DNA from: an uncultured delta proteobacterium
GTDB lineage: Bacteria > Desulfobacterota > WTBG01 > CAIYCZ01 > CAIRTM01
DNA length: 64,000 bases
Assembly (NCBI GenBank): GCA_963804955.1
Contig: CAWDSQ010000030.1
Span: forward strand, 64,001-128,000
Reading direction: 5' to 3'
The notes beneath the pieces were generated by a model, which worked only from the letters and a program-made list of their open reading frames with translations, did no database searches and was not told the DNA's origin. The position numbers were made by a program, and so were the translations under genes. Shown piece by piece: positions 51,301 to 62,231 of the stretch (the stretch's first letter is position 1; every line of letters begins with the position of its first letter).

Positions 51301-53466
51301 AATGAGGCATCAAGCTGCACAGCAGGAGTTGAGACCGCCTGCCAGACAGGCACTCCTGCGGCATGCTGACGACACCTGCGACGGGATAGACAATAACTGC
51401 AATGGCGCGAGCCGACGAAGGCTATGTGGCAGTAACGAACTGCTTCCTGCCGGGCGCCTGCGCGGCAGGGAATGTAGCATCAAGCTGTACAGCAGGAATT
51501 GAGACCGCGTGCCAGACGGGAACGCCTGCGGCAAGTGACGATACCTGCGACGGGATAGATAATAATTGCAATGGTGCAGTTGATGAAGGCTATGTGGCAG
51601 TAACGAGCTGCTTTCTGCCGGGCGCGTGCGCAGCGGGTAATGTAGCATCGACCTGCGTGGCGGGAGTCGAGACGGGTTGCCAGACAGGCACTCCAGCGGC
51701 TGCTGATGACAGCTGCGACGGGATAGACAATAACTGCAATGGCGCGACCGATGAAGGCTATGTGGCAGTAACGAGCTGCTTCCTGCCGGGTGCCTGCGCA
51801 AGCGGGAATGTGGCGTCAAGCTGCACAGCAGGAATTGAGACCGCGTGTCAGACAGGAACGCCTGCGGCAAGTGATGACAGCTGCGACGGCATAGACAATA
51901 ACTGCAATGGCGCGACCGATGAAGGCTATGTGGCAGTAACTAACTGCTTCCTGCCGGGTGCCTGCGCGGCAGGGAATGTAGGCATCAAGCTGTACAGCAG
52001 GAATTGAGACGGGTTGCCAGACAGGCACTCCTGCGGCAAGTGACGATACCTGCGACGGAATCGACAATAACTGTAATGGCGCAGCCGACGAAGGCTATGT
52101 GGCAGTAACGAACTGCTTCCTGCCGGGCGCCTGCGCGGCAGGGAATGTAGCATCAAGCTGTACAGCAGGAATTGAGACCGCGTGCCAGACGGGAACGCCT
52201 GCGGCAAGTGATGACAGTTGCGACGGGATAGATAATAATTGCAATGGTGCAGTTGATGAAGGCTATGTGGCAGTAACGAGCTGCTTTCTGCCGGGCGCGT
52301 GCGCAGCGGGTAATGTAGCATCGACCTGCGTGGCGGGAGTCGAGACGGGTTGCCAGACAGGCACTCCAGCGGCTGCTGATGACAGCTGCGACGGGATAGA
52401 CAATAACTGCAATGGCGCGACCGATGAAGGCTATGTGGCAGTAACGAGCTGCTTCCTGCCGGGTGCCTGCGCAAGCGGGAATGTGGCGTCAAGCTGTACA
52501 GCCGGTATTGAAACCGCCTGCCAGACGGGAACGCCTGTACCTGAGACCTGCAACAGCATCGATGACAACTGCGACGGGCAGGTTGATGAGGAGGCATGTG
52601 TCACGACGACATCCACGATCGTATCTACAACGACAACAACAATTGATGGCGGACCGGTTGATGCTGACAATGATCATGACGGCATTCTTGATGCAGCTGA
52701 TAACTGTCCGAACAGCTGCAACCCTGAGCAGCTTGATGCCAATGGCGACGGCATCGGTGATGTGTGTGACCAGACGCCCGGCTGCGGCGGCTGCGGACAG
52801 CCTGTGTGTGAGCTGCAGGGACAGTGCGATTCTGACAATGACAGTATTATTGATGCCGCAGATAATTGCCCGGCTATTGCCAACCCCCGGCAGCTTGATG
52901 CCGACGGTGATGAGACAGGAGATGTGTGTGACCAGACCCCCGGCTGCGGCGGCGGTTGCGGACAGCCTGTGTGTGAGCTGCAGGTTGATGCGGACCATGA
53001 CGGCTGGAGTGATGTCGTTGACAACTGCCGGAATATCTGCAATGGCCTTCAGCTTGATGCTGATGGCGACGGGACAGGAGATGTGTGTGACCAGACGCCC
53101 GGCTGCGGCGGCGAAGGGCAGCCTGACTGCGAACAGACATGCGATTTAGACAATGATGATATTTTTAACAGCCTTGACAACTGCCCGGACATAGCCAACC
53201 CCCGGCAGCTTGATGCCGATGGCGACGGCAACGGCGACGTGTGTGACCTGTCACCCGGTTGTGGCGGCCGCGGCCAGTCGCTCTGTGAGGGCCAGGTGGA
53301 TACAGACGGAGACGGCTGGGCTGATGCCGTTGACAGCTGCCCCTCTATGTGCAACGTGCAGCAGCTTGATGCTGATGGTGACGGCGCAGGTGATGCATGC
53401 GATACAACGCCCGGCTGCGGCGGCTGCGGACAGCCCGTGTGTGAGGAGGTGTGTACGCTGCAGTAG
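48395..53466 (+). CDS. Giant secreted Cys/Asp-rich surface protein (DUF11-like, MopE-like CDGIDNNC motifs, 56-aa tandem repeats, TSP3-like tail); frameshifts in the repeat tract
   Basis: SD GGGAGG, signal peptide MMKRYIATVLFF...AAA; ORFs 48206-50860, 51402-52007 and 52099-53466 carry the same repeat. Confidence 0.85.
50531..52545 (+). repeat. Coding tandem repeat, ~168-bp period, about 12 units
   Basis: Unit DDTCDGIDNNCNGAVDEGYVAVTSCFLPGACAAGNVASSCTAGIETACQTGTPAAS. Confidence 0.9.
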
Positions 53467-53535
53467 ATAAATCGTAGAACATGGGTATGCTCAAACAATA
53501 CGTGCCGTGTTAACCAGTTGATCCTGTGATACAGC

Positions 53536-53577
53536 AAAAAGCCTGACAGCACTCTGCAGTTGTCAGGCTTTTTTTTA
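53536..53577 (+). terminator. Intrinsic terminator
   Basis: AAAAAGCCTGACA...TGTCAGGCTTTTTTTT. Confidence 0.8.
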
Positions 53578-53754
53578 TTATTCATAGTACCTGTTGCAAG
53601 CACAATTGCCAGCCAGCATGCAGTCATTATAGACTTGCCTTGTAATATAGCATTGTCTGATATCTCAAAGTCATGTTATAAAAGGTAATCAATGCAGCCG
53701 AACTTACCAATCAAACTAATGCAACCAATGTAACCGCTTGCACTCATTGAACCA

Positions 53755-54774
53755 ATGAAACCGATATCTCATATCCTTGCCGGCGACAAGCTCCTTGCGC
53801 CATATGCTGAGACTGCAGCATTGCCATCACTCGCCGGGCGTCTGTCCGCATTCATACGACAGCAGCTTGCAACCTGGCCCGAGCTGCGGGATGCCCATGA
53901 GGGGCTGCGGCAGAGCCTGTATAAAAGTCTATTTCTTGCCGATCTGGAAGTCAGGCTCCAGCATAACCCCTTCCGCATGAAAAGCTCTTCGGCAAAAGTA
54001 GACAGGCAGTCCATAGAAAAGCGGCCGTGCTTTCTCTGTCCGGACAATCTCTATCCTCATCAGCGGGCGCTTGGCTATCGCGATGAGTGGCTCATACTGT
54101 GCAATCCCTATCCCATCTTTGCCGACCACCTGGTCATTTCACATAAGGAGCACAGGCTGCAGGAGATAGTTTCCTGCCTTGGTGCGATGATTTCATTTGT
54201 CGTTGATCTGCACGGCGGATTCGAAACATTCTATAACGGCCCGGCCTGCGGCGCATCTGCCCCCGACCATCTGCACTTTCAGGCATATCCGGCAGGGGAG
54301 GGCATACCGCTTGTGCCGCAGGTTCAGCTTTTACTTGCTGCAGGGATGGGGTTCTCTCAGATCGATGCTCTGCACGGGCAGGGCGCCTGCTTTGAAGGAG
54401 AGATCGATTGCCGCGGCGTTTTTATCTGCCGCAGCCCGGATCCTGCTGTGCTTGAAGCTAGCCTGATTCGCGCAGTCAGCCACCTGAAGAAGGTGACCCG
54501 TGCGCAGGATGAGCCCCTTGTAAATATTTTAATTGCCGCAGACGGCCCCGACCTTATCGGCATTCTTCTGCCGCGCAAAGCGCACCGGCCTGCCTGCTAT
54601 TTCAGCCAGGACGGCGACTATATGGTTGTGAGCCCGGGGGCTGTTGATGTGGGCGGGCTGCTGGTGCTGCCGCGCCGTGAAGACTATGAGCGCATGACCC
54701 GCGAGAAGGTGCTGGGGATTTTTTCCGAGGTGTGCCTGGGCCGGGATATTTTAGAAAATTTTCAGATAGCTTAG
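53755..54774 (+). CDS. DUF4922 / HIT-like nucleotide-sugar phosphorylase family protein
   Basis: RPCFLC, LCNPYPIF, FYNGPACGASAPDHLHFQ, SPGAVDVGG. Confidence 0.85.
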   Translation: MKPISHILAGDKLLAPYAETAALPSLAGRLSAFIRQQLATWPELRDAHEGLRQSLYKSLFLADLEVRLQHNPFRMKSSSAKVDRQSIEKRPCFLCPDNLYPHQRALGYRDEWLILCNPYPIFADHLVISHKEHRLQEIVSCLGAMISFVVDLHGGFETFYNGPACGASAPDHLHFQAYPAGEGIPLVPQVQLLLAAGMGFSQIDALHGQGACFEGEIDCRGVFICRSPDPAVLEASLIRAVSHLKKVTRAQDEPLVNILIAADGPDLIGILLPRKAHRPACYFSQDGDYMVVSPGAVDVGGLLVLPRREDYERMTREKVLGIFSEVCLGRDILENFQIA

Positions 54775-54970
54775 TTCGCAGAGGCTCAAAATTTTGCGCC
54801 CCTGCTTTTTATGGTACCATTAAATAAATTGCCGCAACACAGTTAGATGCTATTTCTTCTTTTTTTATACATTTCTTTAGCTCTTGACAAAATTCAAGCA
54901 ACAAGATATTTTGTCTTTTAATGTCCAGTTTTGGGCAATATGGTTTAACATAAAGAATAAATAAGGCAAA

Positions 54971-55660
54971 ATGAGACTCACTATAAAAGATTTATCCGAG
55001 CTTTTAAACGTCACGGAAAAGACGATTCGTCGCTGGATAAAAGAGGGGAGCATACCTGCCTATAAAATCAATGGACAGTATCGCTTCAACCGCACGGAAA
55101 TTCTTGAATGGTCAACCTCACGGCGCTTGAATGCGCCGGTGGAAATATTTCAGGAGCCTGAATCAGAACAGGTGATGAGCCTGACGGATGCGCTCACCGC
55201 AGGCGGTGTTTTTTATCGCATAAGCGGCTCGGATAAAGAATCAGCGCTGAAGGCTATTGTCGAGGTATTGAGGCTTCCCGATGATGCCGACCGGGGCTAT
55301 CTGCTGCAGTTTCTTCTTGCCCGGGAGGCAATGTCATCGACCGGCATTGGCGACGGCATCGCAATACCCCATGTGCGCAATCCCATAGTGCTGCATGTGC
55401 CGCAGCCCATGATAACGCTCTGCTTCCTTGAAAAGCCGATACATTTTTCGTCTCTTGACGGGCAGCCGGTCAACTGCCTGTTCACGCTTGTTGCGCCGAC
55501 AGTGCGCACGCATCTGTTTCTGCTGTCACGGCTTTCCTTTGTGCTGCGGGATCCTGAATTTAAGCAAATGATTAAAGAGCAGCGCTCCCGGGAAGAGATA
55601 CTGCAAAAAGTCCATGATCTGGAAGCAGCATTAGCCTCCGACGGGGCAGGAGGTCTGTAA
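54971..55660 (+). CDS. Excisionase-type HTH fused to PTS EIIA(Ntr)-like domain
   Basis: LNVTEKTIRRWIKEGSIPAYKINGQYRF; STGIGDGIAIPH. Confidence 0.9.
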   Translation: MRLTIKDLSELLNVTEKTIRRWIKEGSIPAYKINGQYRFNRTEILEWSTSRRLNAPVEIFQEPESEQVMSLTDALTAGGVFYRISGSDKESALKAIVEVLRLPDDADRGYLLQFLLAREAMSSTGIGDGIAIPHVRNPIVLHVPQPMITLCFLEKPIHFSSLDGQPVNCLFTLVAPTVRTHLFLLSRLSFVLRDPEFKQMIKEQRSREEILQKVHDLEAALASDGAGGL

Positions 55661-55662
55661 CG

Positions 55663-57637
55663 GTGCTGCTGCTTCTTCTGGCCCTGGGAATCATTGTTAT
55701 AAGCGGTTGCGCTGCTCTGACAGTTTGGAACAAGCCCGTGCTCAGCAGCTGCATCGGCGCCGGCGGCACGGTGCTTGGCTGCGCTGTGGGCATCATCCCC
55801 GCGCTGGAGGTGCTCCTGGGAGGCGCCACCCGGTCGCTGCGCTGTGCCTGGAGCATGCCGTACGGGTCTTTTTTTATACAGCTTGACAGCCTTGTCCGCT
55901 TTTTTCCTTCTGCCGGTGTTTCTGCTCTCAGCCCTTGCCGCCGTCTATGGCGGGCAGTATCTGATGAAATATAAAGATACAAACAAGCTCGGGCTCGCAT
56001 GGTTTTTTTATACCCTCCTTGTTGCCAGCATGGCACTGGTGTGCCTGGCGCGCAACGCGGTCCTGTTTCTCATAGCCTGGGAAATAATGGCGCTTGCGTC
56101 TTTTTTTCTTGTGGCCTTCGAAAATGAAAAGCCGCAGGTGCGCAGGTCTTCATGGATATATATGGTTGCCACCCATCTGGGCACGGCCTGCCTGCTGCCG
56201 ATGTTTCTCATCTTCGGCGCCTCTGCCGGATCCCTTGACTTTGACCGGTTTGCTCACAGCCTGCCGCAGCCTTTGGCAAGCATCTGTTTTATCCTTGCGC
56301 TTATCGGGTTCGGCACAAAGGCCGGCATCATCCCCTTTCATGTGTGGCTCCCCGAGGCCCATCCTGCAGCCCCAAGCCATGTATCTGCCCTCATGTCGGG
56401 CATAATGATTAAAACCGGCATTTACGGCATAGTCCGCATGCTGACCTTTTTTGATGTGCCGCCCTTGTGGTGGGGCTGGCTGGTGCTTGCCATCGGCATT
56501 ATTTCCGGCGTGCTCGGCGTGCTGTTTGCCCTGGCGCAGCATGATCTTAAAGGCCTTCTTGCCTACCACAGCGTTGAGAATATCGGCATTATCATGATGG
56601 GGCTGGGAGTCGGCCTTATCGGCTGGAGCGCAGCTGTTCCCTCTGTTGCCATACTGGGTATGGCAGGCGGGCTTTTTCATGTAGTCAATCATGCGCTGTT
56701 CAAGGGCCTGCTCTTTCTGGGGGCCGGCTCCGTGTATCAGGCCGCGCATACCAGGGAGATCGACCATCTTGGCGGCCTTATCAAAAAAATGCCCTGTACC
56801 GGCGCCTGCTTTCTCGTCGGAGCAGTCGCCATTTCGGGCTTGCCGCCCCTGAATGGTTTTTTAAGTGAATTTTTAATCTTTCTCGGCTCGCTGCGCGGCG
56901 CGATTTCCATGAGCGCAGATGTTGCCGTGCCGCTTATCGGTGCTGTTGCGGGGCTGGCCCTCATCGGCGGGCTTGCGGCGGCCTGTTTCACCAAGGCCTT
57001 CGGCATAGTTTTTCTCGGTGAGCCGCGCTCGAAGCCTGCTGCCGATGCCCGTGAGTCCGGGCCTCTGATGGTGGCGCCGATGGTGCTGCTTGCCGCAGCC
57101 TGCGTTGCTGTGGGATTCCTCGGCTTCTGCATCGTGCCGGCCATGTCCGGGGTCGTTTCAGGCATACTTGGCTTTGATGCCGGCCCCGAGCTGAAGATAG
57201 CGGGAGGCTGTCTTGGCTCTATTACGGCCGCATCGATAGCGCTGCTGCTGCTGGTGGCCTGCTTCGCCTGGCTCCGCCGCCTGCTGCTGTCGGGCAGGGA
57301 GGTCGGCAGCGCCGTTACCTGGGACTGCGGCTACACAGCGCCGACCCCGCGCATGCAGTATACGGCCTCGTCTTTTGCCCAGCCCGTCACCCATTTTTTC
57401 GGTTCTTTACTGGGCACAAAAAAGCACCTGCAGATCGGCGGGCAGTATTTCCCCGGCGCGGCGGAATTTGCAACGCACACGCAGGATATGGGCTATGAAA
57501 AACTCTACCGGCCTGTTTTTACGGCGGTGAAGCAGTTCTGCGAGCGCTTCCTTGTTCTGCAGCATGGCCGCATGCACCTGTATGTGCTGTCTATCGTGGC
57601 AACGCTCGTGGTGCTGCTTGTCTGGCAATTGGGGTAG
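55663..57637 (+). CDS. Ehr/Hyf antiporter-like membrane subunit (HyfB-like), frameshift near 55895
   Basis: KAGIIPFHVWLPEAHPAAPSHVSALMSG, LAYHSVENIG, PRMQYTASSF. Confidence 0.88.
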
Positions 57638-57640
57638 GGT

Positions 57641-58540
57641 ATGCATGCTGAAGCATTCATGAATATTATTCTGGGCATTGCGTGTGCGCCGCTTCTGGCG
57701 GGCATAATCAGCAGGGTAAAGGCCCTTGTCGCCGGCCGCACGGGCCAGCCCCTGCTGCAGCTGTACTTTGATATCTATAAAAATTTCCGCAAGGGCGCGG
57801 TCTACAGCACGACCACGTCATGGCTGTTTCGCGCGGGCCCGGTCGTGGGGCTGGCGGCTGCGCTGACAGCGCTGGCCATAGTGCCCGCAGTCGGCTGCGC
57901 CGCGCCCCTGGCATTCACCGGCGATTTGCTCCTGTTTGCGTATCTGCTGGGGATCATGCGGTTTTTCACTGTTCTGGCGGCCCTTGATACGGGCTCAAGC
58001 TTTGAGGGCATGGGTGCCAGCCGCGAAGTGTTTTTCTCGGCCCTTGCCGAGCCTGCGCTGCTGCTGGGCCTGGCCGCGGTTGCGCGCAAAACAGGCACCC
58101 TGGAGCTCTCCGGGATGCTTGCCGCAACCTCGGCCACCTCACCCGAGCTGGTGCTCGTGCTTGCTGCCTTGTGCATCATTTTTTTATGCGAAAACGCCCG
58201 CATCCCCTTTGATGACCCGAGCACGCATCTTGAGCTGACCATGATTCATGAGGTCATGGCTCTTGATCACAGCGGGCCGGATTTTGCTTTTATTGAATGC
58301 GGGGCAGCACTGAAGATGTGGGTGCTCGGGTCGGTTATCGTGGGCCTCGTGCTGTCCGGGGCGGGTGAACATTCCTGGTTCATACATGGCGCAGCGTTTC
58401 TGGCCGGCATGTTCGTGCTGGCGGTTTCAGTGGGCACTGTCGAATCGGTTATGGCGCGGCTGCGGCTGCTCAGAGTGCCGCAGCTGCTGATAGCGGCGGG
58501 TGTTCTGTCGGCCTTTGCTTTTATACTGGTTTTGAGGTAG
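57641..58540 (+). CDS. HyfC/NuoH-like membrane subunit
   Basis: GRTGQPLLQ, GASRE, ENARIPFD, ELTMIHE. Confidence 0.88.
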   Translation: MHAEAFMNIILGIACAPLLAGIISRVKALVAGRTGQPLLQLYFDIYKNFRKGAVYSTTTSWLFRAGPVVGLAAALTALAIVPAVGCAAPLAFTGDLLLFAYLLGIMRFFTVLAALDTGSSFEGMGASREVFFSALAEPALLLGLAAVARKTGTLELSGMLAATSATSPELVLVLAALCIIFLCENARIPFDDPSTHLELTMIHEVMALDHSGPDFAFIECGAALKMWVLGSVIVGLVLSGAGEHSWFIHGAAFLAGMFVLAVSVGTVESVMARLRLLRVPQLLIAAGVLSAFAFILVLR

Positions 58541-58545
58541 CCCGG

Positions 58546-59190
58546 ATGGCATCCCTTGTCGAAACAGCCATGATGCTGCTCATACTCACGGATATGGCCC
58601 TGCTGGGCCTGAGCCGCCTGCGGCCCTGCATTGCCGTTTCGGCATTCCAGGGCATGCTGCTGGGCGCGTTCACCATCCTGGCCCACCTGCACGCCCTGGC
58701 GCCCCGCATTATCATCATCGGGCTGGCGAGCTTTGCCCTGAAGGGCTTTGTCTTCCCGTGGCTTCTTCGCCGCAGCATCCGGGAGGCCGATGTGCATGCC
58801 GAGCTTGAGCCCTATGTCGGCTTCAGCCTGTCGATACTGGCCGGCATAGGCATGCTGGGGGCGTCGGTCTGGCTGAGCGGCCAGCTGCCGCTTGCCGCGC
58901 CGGCGGGCGGGAATGTTGTCGTGCCGGCGGCCCTGACGACTTTTTTTACCGGCCTGTTCCTGATCGTGGCGCGCAAAAAAGCCATAACGCAATGCCTCGG
59001 CTATATCATTATGGAAAACGGCATCTATGTCATCGGCATCATGTCGGTGGTGCATGTTCCCGCCCTGGTGGAGCTTGGCATCCTGCTGGATGTATCCGTT
59101 GCGGTGCTGGTTATGGGCGTGGCGATTTTTCATATCAACCGCCAGTTTGATCATATTGATACGGATCAGCTGGACAGCCTGAAGGGATAA
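58546..59190 (+). CDS. HyfE-like membrane subunit
   Basis: Multi-TM; MENGIY, ELGILLD. Confidence 0.85.
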   Translation: MASLVETAMMLLILTDMALLGLSRLRPCIAVSAFQGMLLGAFTILAHLHALAPRIIIIGLASFALKGFVFPWLLRRSIREADVHAELEPYVGFSLSILAGIGMLGASVWLSGQLPLAAPAGGNVVVPAALTTFFTGLFLIVARKKAITQCLGYIIMENGIYVIGIMSVVHVPALVELGILLDVSVAVLVMGVAIFHINRQFDHIDTDQLDSLKG

Positions 59191-59205
59191 AGGTTTTGCG
59201 CACTC

Positions 59206-60717
59206 ATGCTTCATGAAACAGCGCTCTGGCTTCCGCTGCTGATCCCGTTTGCCGCCGGGTTCATCTGCACGGTCCTGCCCACGGCGCGAAGCGCTTTTGC
59301 GGCCATGTGCTGCTGCGTGCTTGCCACGGCCATTGCGGGTTTTCCCGTACTGCTCCAGGTGTTTCAGCACGGGCCTGTCTATGCCGCGTCGAAGTGGCTT
59401 TTTCTGGACGGGCTTTCCGCCTATCACTACGGCGTGATGCTTGTAATTTACTGCCTGAGCTCTGCCTATGCCTGGGTGTACTTCGGCGAAGAGCTCGACA
59501 AGGGGCAGCTTATCCGCAAGCAGGCGCGGCTGTTTTCCGGCCTGTGGTGCTTTTCCCTGTCAGCCATGACCCTGGTTCTTTTTTCAAACAATCTGGGGAT
59601 CATGTGGGTGGGTGTTGAAGCAACGACGCTTATCACCGCTTTTCTCATCTGCATCCATGTGTCCCGTGAATCAATGGAGGCCATGTGGAAATATATCGTT
59701 ATCTCGTCGGTGGGGATAGCCTTTGCTTTCATGGGGACGCTGCTTGCCGCCGCCGCAGCCCGGGGCGCCGTCGCTCAGGATGCCCTTCTGTGGACCGTCC
59801 TGCGGGATAATGCAGCAGCCCTTGACCCAAGGCTTATGAAGGCCGCTTTTATTTTTCTGCTTGTCGGCTACGGCACCAAGGCGGGACTGGCGCCCATGCA
59901 CAGCTGGCTGCCCGATGCCCACAGCAAGGCGCCCGCGCCGGTCTCGGCGATGTTTTCCGGTTTTATGCTCAATGCGGCTCTGTACTGCATCATGCGCTAT
60001 ATACCCATTACGCAAACCGCCACGGGAGGTTCGGGCTGGCCCCTGAACCTGCTGGCCGGCCTTGGGCTTATCTCGATTATCATTGCCGCGATTTTTATTC
60101 TTTTTCAGAAAGATGTGAAGCGCCTGCTTGCCTATCACAGCGTGGAGCACCTGGGCATCATAGCCCTCGGGCTGGGGCTTGGCGGCCTCGGGACCTTTGC
60201 GGCGCTTTTTCACACCCTCAATCATTCACTGTGCAAAAGCCTGTCGTTTTTTGCCGCCGGCCGGCTCGGCCAGATGTGCGGCACGTATGATATGGAGAAG
60301 CTCTCCGGCAGTTTCAGGGTGTCGCCCCTCTGGGGCGCGGGCATGTTCTGCAGCATTCTTGCGCTGATCGGGCTTGCGCCGTTTGCCCTGTTCATGAGCG
60401 AACTGCAGCTTGTCAAGGCAGCCCTTGACAGCGGCTCCGTCACAGCCCTTGTTCTGTTTCTTGCGGGGTCATCTATTGTGTTTATCGGCGCCCTGCAGCA
60501 TGCCATCCCCCTTGCCTGGGGAACGCCGCAGGGCGCTGCCAAAGCCCTGCGGTTAAAGGGCCTTGAGGCGCTGCTGGTCGTGCTTCCGCTTGCGGCTCTT
60601 CTGGCGCTGGGGATATGGCTTCCCGGGCCGCTTATTGCCGTGCTGAACAGCGCGGCAGGCATTCTGCAGTCAACCCTCCCGGCTCAGGCAGCGGGCCTTT
60701 CAGGATATATGCCATGA
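59206..60717 (+). CDS. HyfF-like antiporter-like membrane subunit
   Basis: WVGVEATT, GTKAGLAPMHSWLPDAHSKAP, LLAYHSVEH. Confidence 0.88.
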   Translation: MLHETALWLPLLIPFAAGFICTVLPTARSAFAAMCCCVLATAIAGFPVLLQVFQHGPVYAASKWLFLDGLSAYHYGVMLVIYCLSSAYAWVYFGEELDKGQLIRKQARLFSGLWCFSLSAMTLVLFSNNLGIMWVGVEATTLITAFLICIHVSRESMEAMWKYIVISSVGIAFAFMGTLLAAAAARGAVAQDALLWTVLRDNAAALDPRLMKAAFIFLLVGYGTKAGLAPMHSWLPDAHSKAPAPVSAMFSGFMLNAALYCIMRYIPITQTATGGSGWPLNLLAGLGLISIIIAAIFILFQKDVKRLLAYHSVEHLGIIALGLGLGGLGTFAALFHTLNHSLCKSLSFFAAGRLGQMCGTYDMEKLSGSFRVSPLWGAGMFCSILALIGLAPFALFMSELQLVKAALDSGSVTALVLFLAGSSIVFIGALQHAIPLAWGTPQGAAKALRLKGLEALLVVLPLAALLALGIWLPGPLIAVLNSAAGILQSTLPAQAAGLSGYMP

Positions 60718-62222
60718 CGACGGCTCCTTTCCTGACGATGCAGAACAGCACGGCCATACCGCTCAGCACAGTGCCGCTGGCGCCGGCGCCTGTTTTCCGG
60801 GATGCTGTTCTTCGCGGCATTGCCGACGGCGCGAGGATAAGCGCCCTTTTCGGCGTGCCGGATCAGGCGGACACCCTGCTCCGGTTATTTGCCGTTCTGG
60901 CCGATGATGAAAATGCGCGGCTGGCTATTGCCTCAACGCTGGTCGAGGGAGCCTATCCGTCCCTTACCCCCGATTGCCCCCAGGCGCATCTGTTTGAGCG
61001 TGAGCTCTATGAGCAGTGGGGCATCGTGCCCGAAGGACACCCCTGGCTCAAGCCCGTCCGCTTTCAGGCACGCTATGCAGACGGCCACTCCGGCCTGAAG
61101 CCGGTTATTGGCATAGCAGATTTTTTTCATCTTGAAGGGGCTGAGGTTCATGAAGTAGCCGTGGGGCCCGTGCATGCCGGCATTATCGAGCCCGGCCATT
61201 TCCGCTTTCAGTGCCATGGCGAGGATGTGTACCATCTTGAAATATCCCTTGGCTATCAGCATCGCGGCATTGAGCCGGCGCTGATCCGGGGGCCGGGCAA
61301 GCGGCTGCCTCACTATATGGAAACCCTTGCCGGCGATACGACCATCGGCCATGCAACAGCCTATGCTCAGGCCATGGAAGCGCTTGCCGGCTGCATGGCC
61401 CCGCCGCGGGCCCAGGCCCTGCGCGGCATAGCCCTTGAGCTTGAGCGGGCAGCCAATCATACCGGCGATCTGGGCGCCCTGGCAGGCGATATCGGGTATC
61501 TGCCCACTGCTTCTTATTGCGGCCGCATACGCGGAGATTTTCTTAATCTGACGGCGCTGCTGTGCGGCAGCCGCTTCGGCAGAGGACTGGTGAGCCCCGG
61601 GGGCGTGCTGTATGATATTGACGCAGAGCGTGCGGCCCGGCTGAAAGACAGGCTGCTGCAGGCGCAGAGAGATGTTGCCGGCGCTGTCAATCTGCTGTGG
61701 GAAACGCCTTCGGTCATGGCGCGCTTTGAACAGACAGGCGTGCTGCCGCCCGATGCCGCAGCAGAACTTGGCCTGGTCGGCCCGGCTGCGCGCGCCTCTG
61801 GCGTAGAGCGCGACATTCGCTATGATTTCCCATCGGGGATATACCGCTTTGCCCAGGTTCCCGTATCAACCTGGGGCACGGGTGATGTTTTCGGCCGCGC
61901 CTATGTGCGCTGGCTTGAACTGCAGCGCTCGCTGGCATTCATACTGGGTCAGCTTGAAATGCTGCCTGCGGGTGAGATCATGGCAGCTCCCCAAAAGCCT
62001 GCCCCGAACAGCCTTGCCGTTTCTCTGGTCGAGGGCTGGCGCGGTGAAATCTGCCATGTCGCCATAACCGGCGGGCAGGGCGGCTTCAGCCGGTATAAAA
62101 TTGTCGATCCGTCTTTTCATAACTGGATGGGGCTTGCCATTGCCATGAGAAATCAGCAGATATCTGATTTCCCGCTGTGCAATAAAAGCTTTAATCTTTC
62201 CTACTGCGGCCATGATTTGTGA
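60714..62222 (+). CDS. Ehr large subunit (HyfG/NuoCD-like, no NiFe ligands)
   Basis: VGPVHAGIIEPGHFRF; L1 position reads ETLAGDTTIGH, C-terminus DFPLCNKSFNLSYCGHDL. Confidence 0.88.
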   Translation: MTTAPFLTMQNSTAIPLSTVPLAPAPVFRDAVLRGIADGARISALFGVPDQADTLLRLFAVLADDENARLAIASTLVEGAYPSLTPDCPQAHLFERELYEQWGIVPEGHPWLKPVRFQARYADGHSGLKPVIGIADFFHLEGAEVHEVAVGPVHAGIIEPGHFRFQCHGEDVYHLEISLGYQHRGIEPALIRGPGKRLPHYMETLAGDTTIGHATAYAQAMEALAGCMAPPRAQALRGIALELERAANHTGDLGALAGDIGYLPTASYCGRIRGDFLNLTALLCGSRFGRGLVSPGGVLYDIDAERAARLKDRLLQAQRDVAGAVNLLWETPSVMARFEQTGVLPPDAAAELGLVGPAARASGVERDIRYDFPSGIYRFAQVPVSTWGTGDVFGRAYVRWLELQRSLAFILGQLEMLPAGEIMAAPQKPAPNSLAVSLVEGWRGEICHVAITGGQGGFSRYKIVDPSFHNWMGLAIAMRNQQISDFPLCNKSFNLSYCGHDL

Positions 62223-62231
62223 GCTGATATT

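Noticed and set aside
50531..52545. CRISPR array
   Set aside because: Units are 168-bp coding repeats with no unique spacers and no cas genes.
53687..53735. Short 9-mer-like repeats (CCAATCAAA/CTAATGCAA/CCAATGTAA) before DUF4922
   Set aside because: Too short and degenerate to support a functional call.
2480..57637. Many split genes (PAS, tlyA, ERCC4, DraG-like, vWA, CoA-transferase, GT2, malic enzyme, repeat protein, HyfB-like) read as pseudogenes or programmed frameshifts
   Set aside because: Single-base indels are scattered through otherwise intact genes, often in short homopolymers; long-read consensus error is the simplest explanation. Read polishing would decide.
60714..62222. True [NiFe] group 4 hydrogenase / formate hydrogenlyase
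   Set aside because: Both Ni-ligating CxxC motifs are absent.
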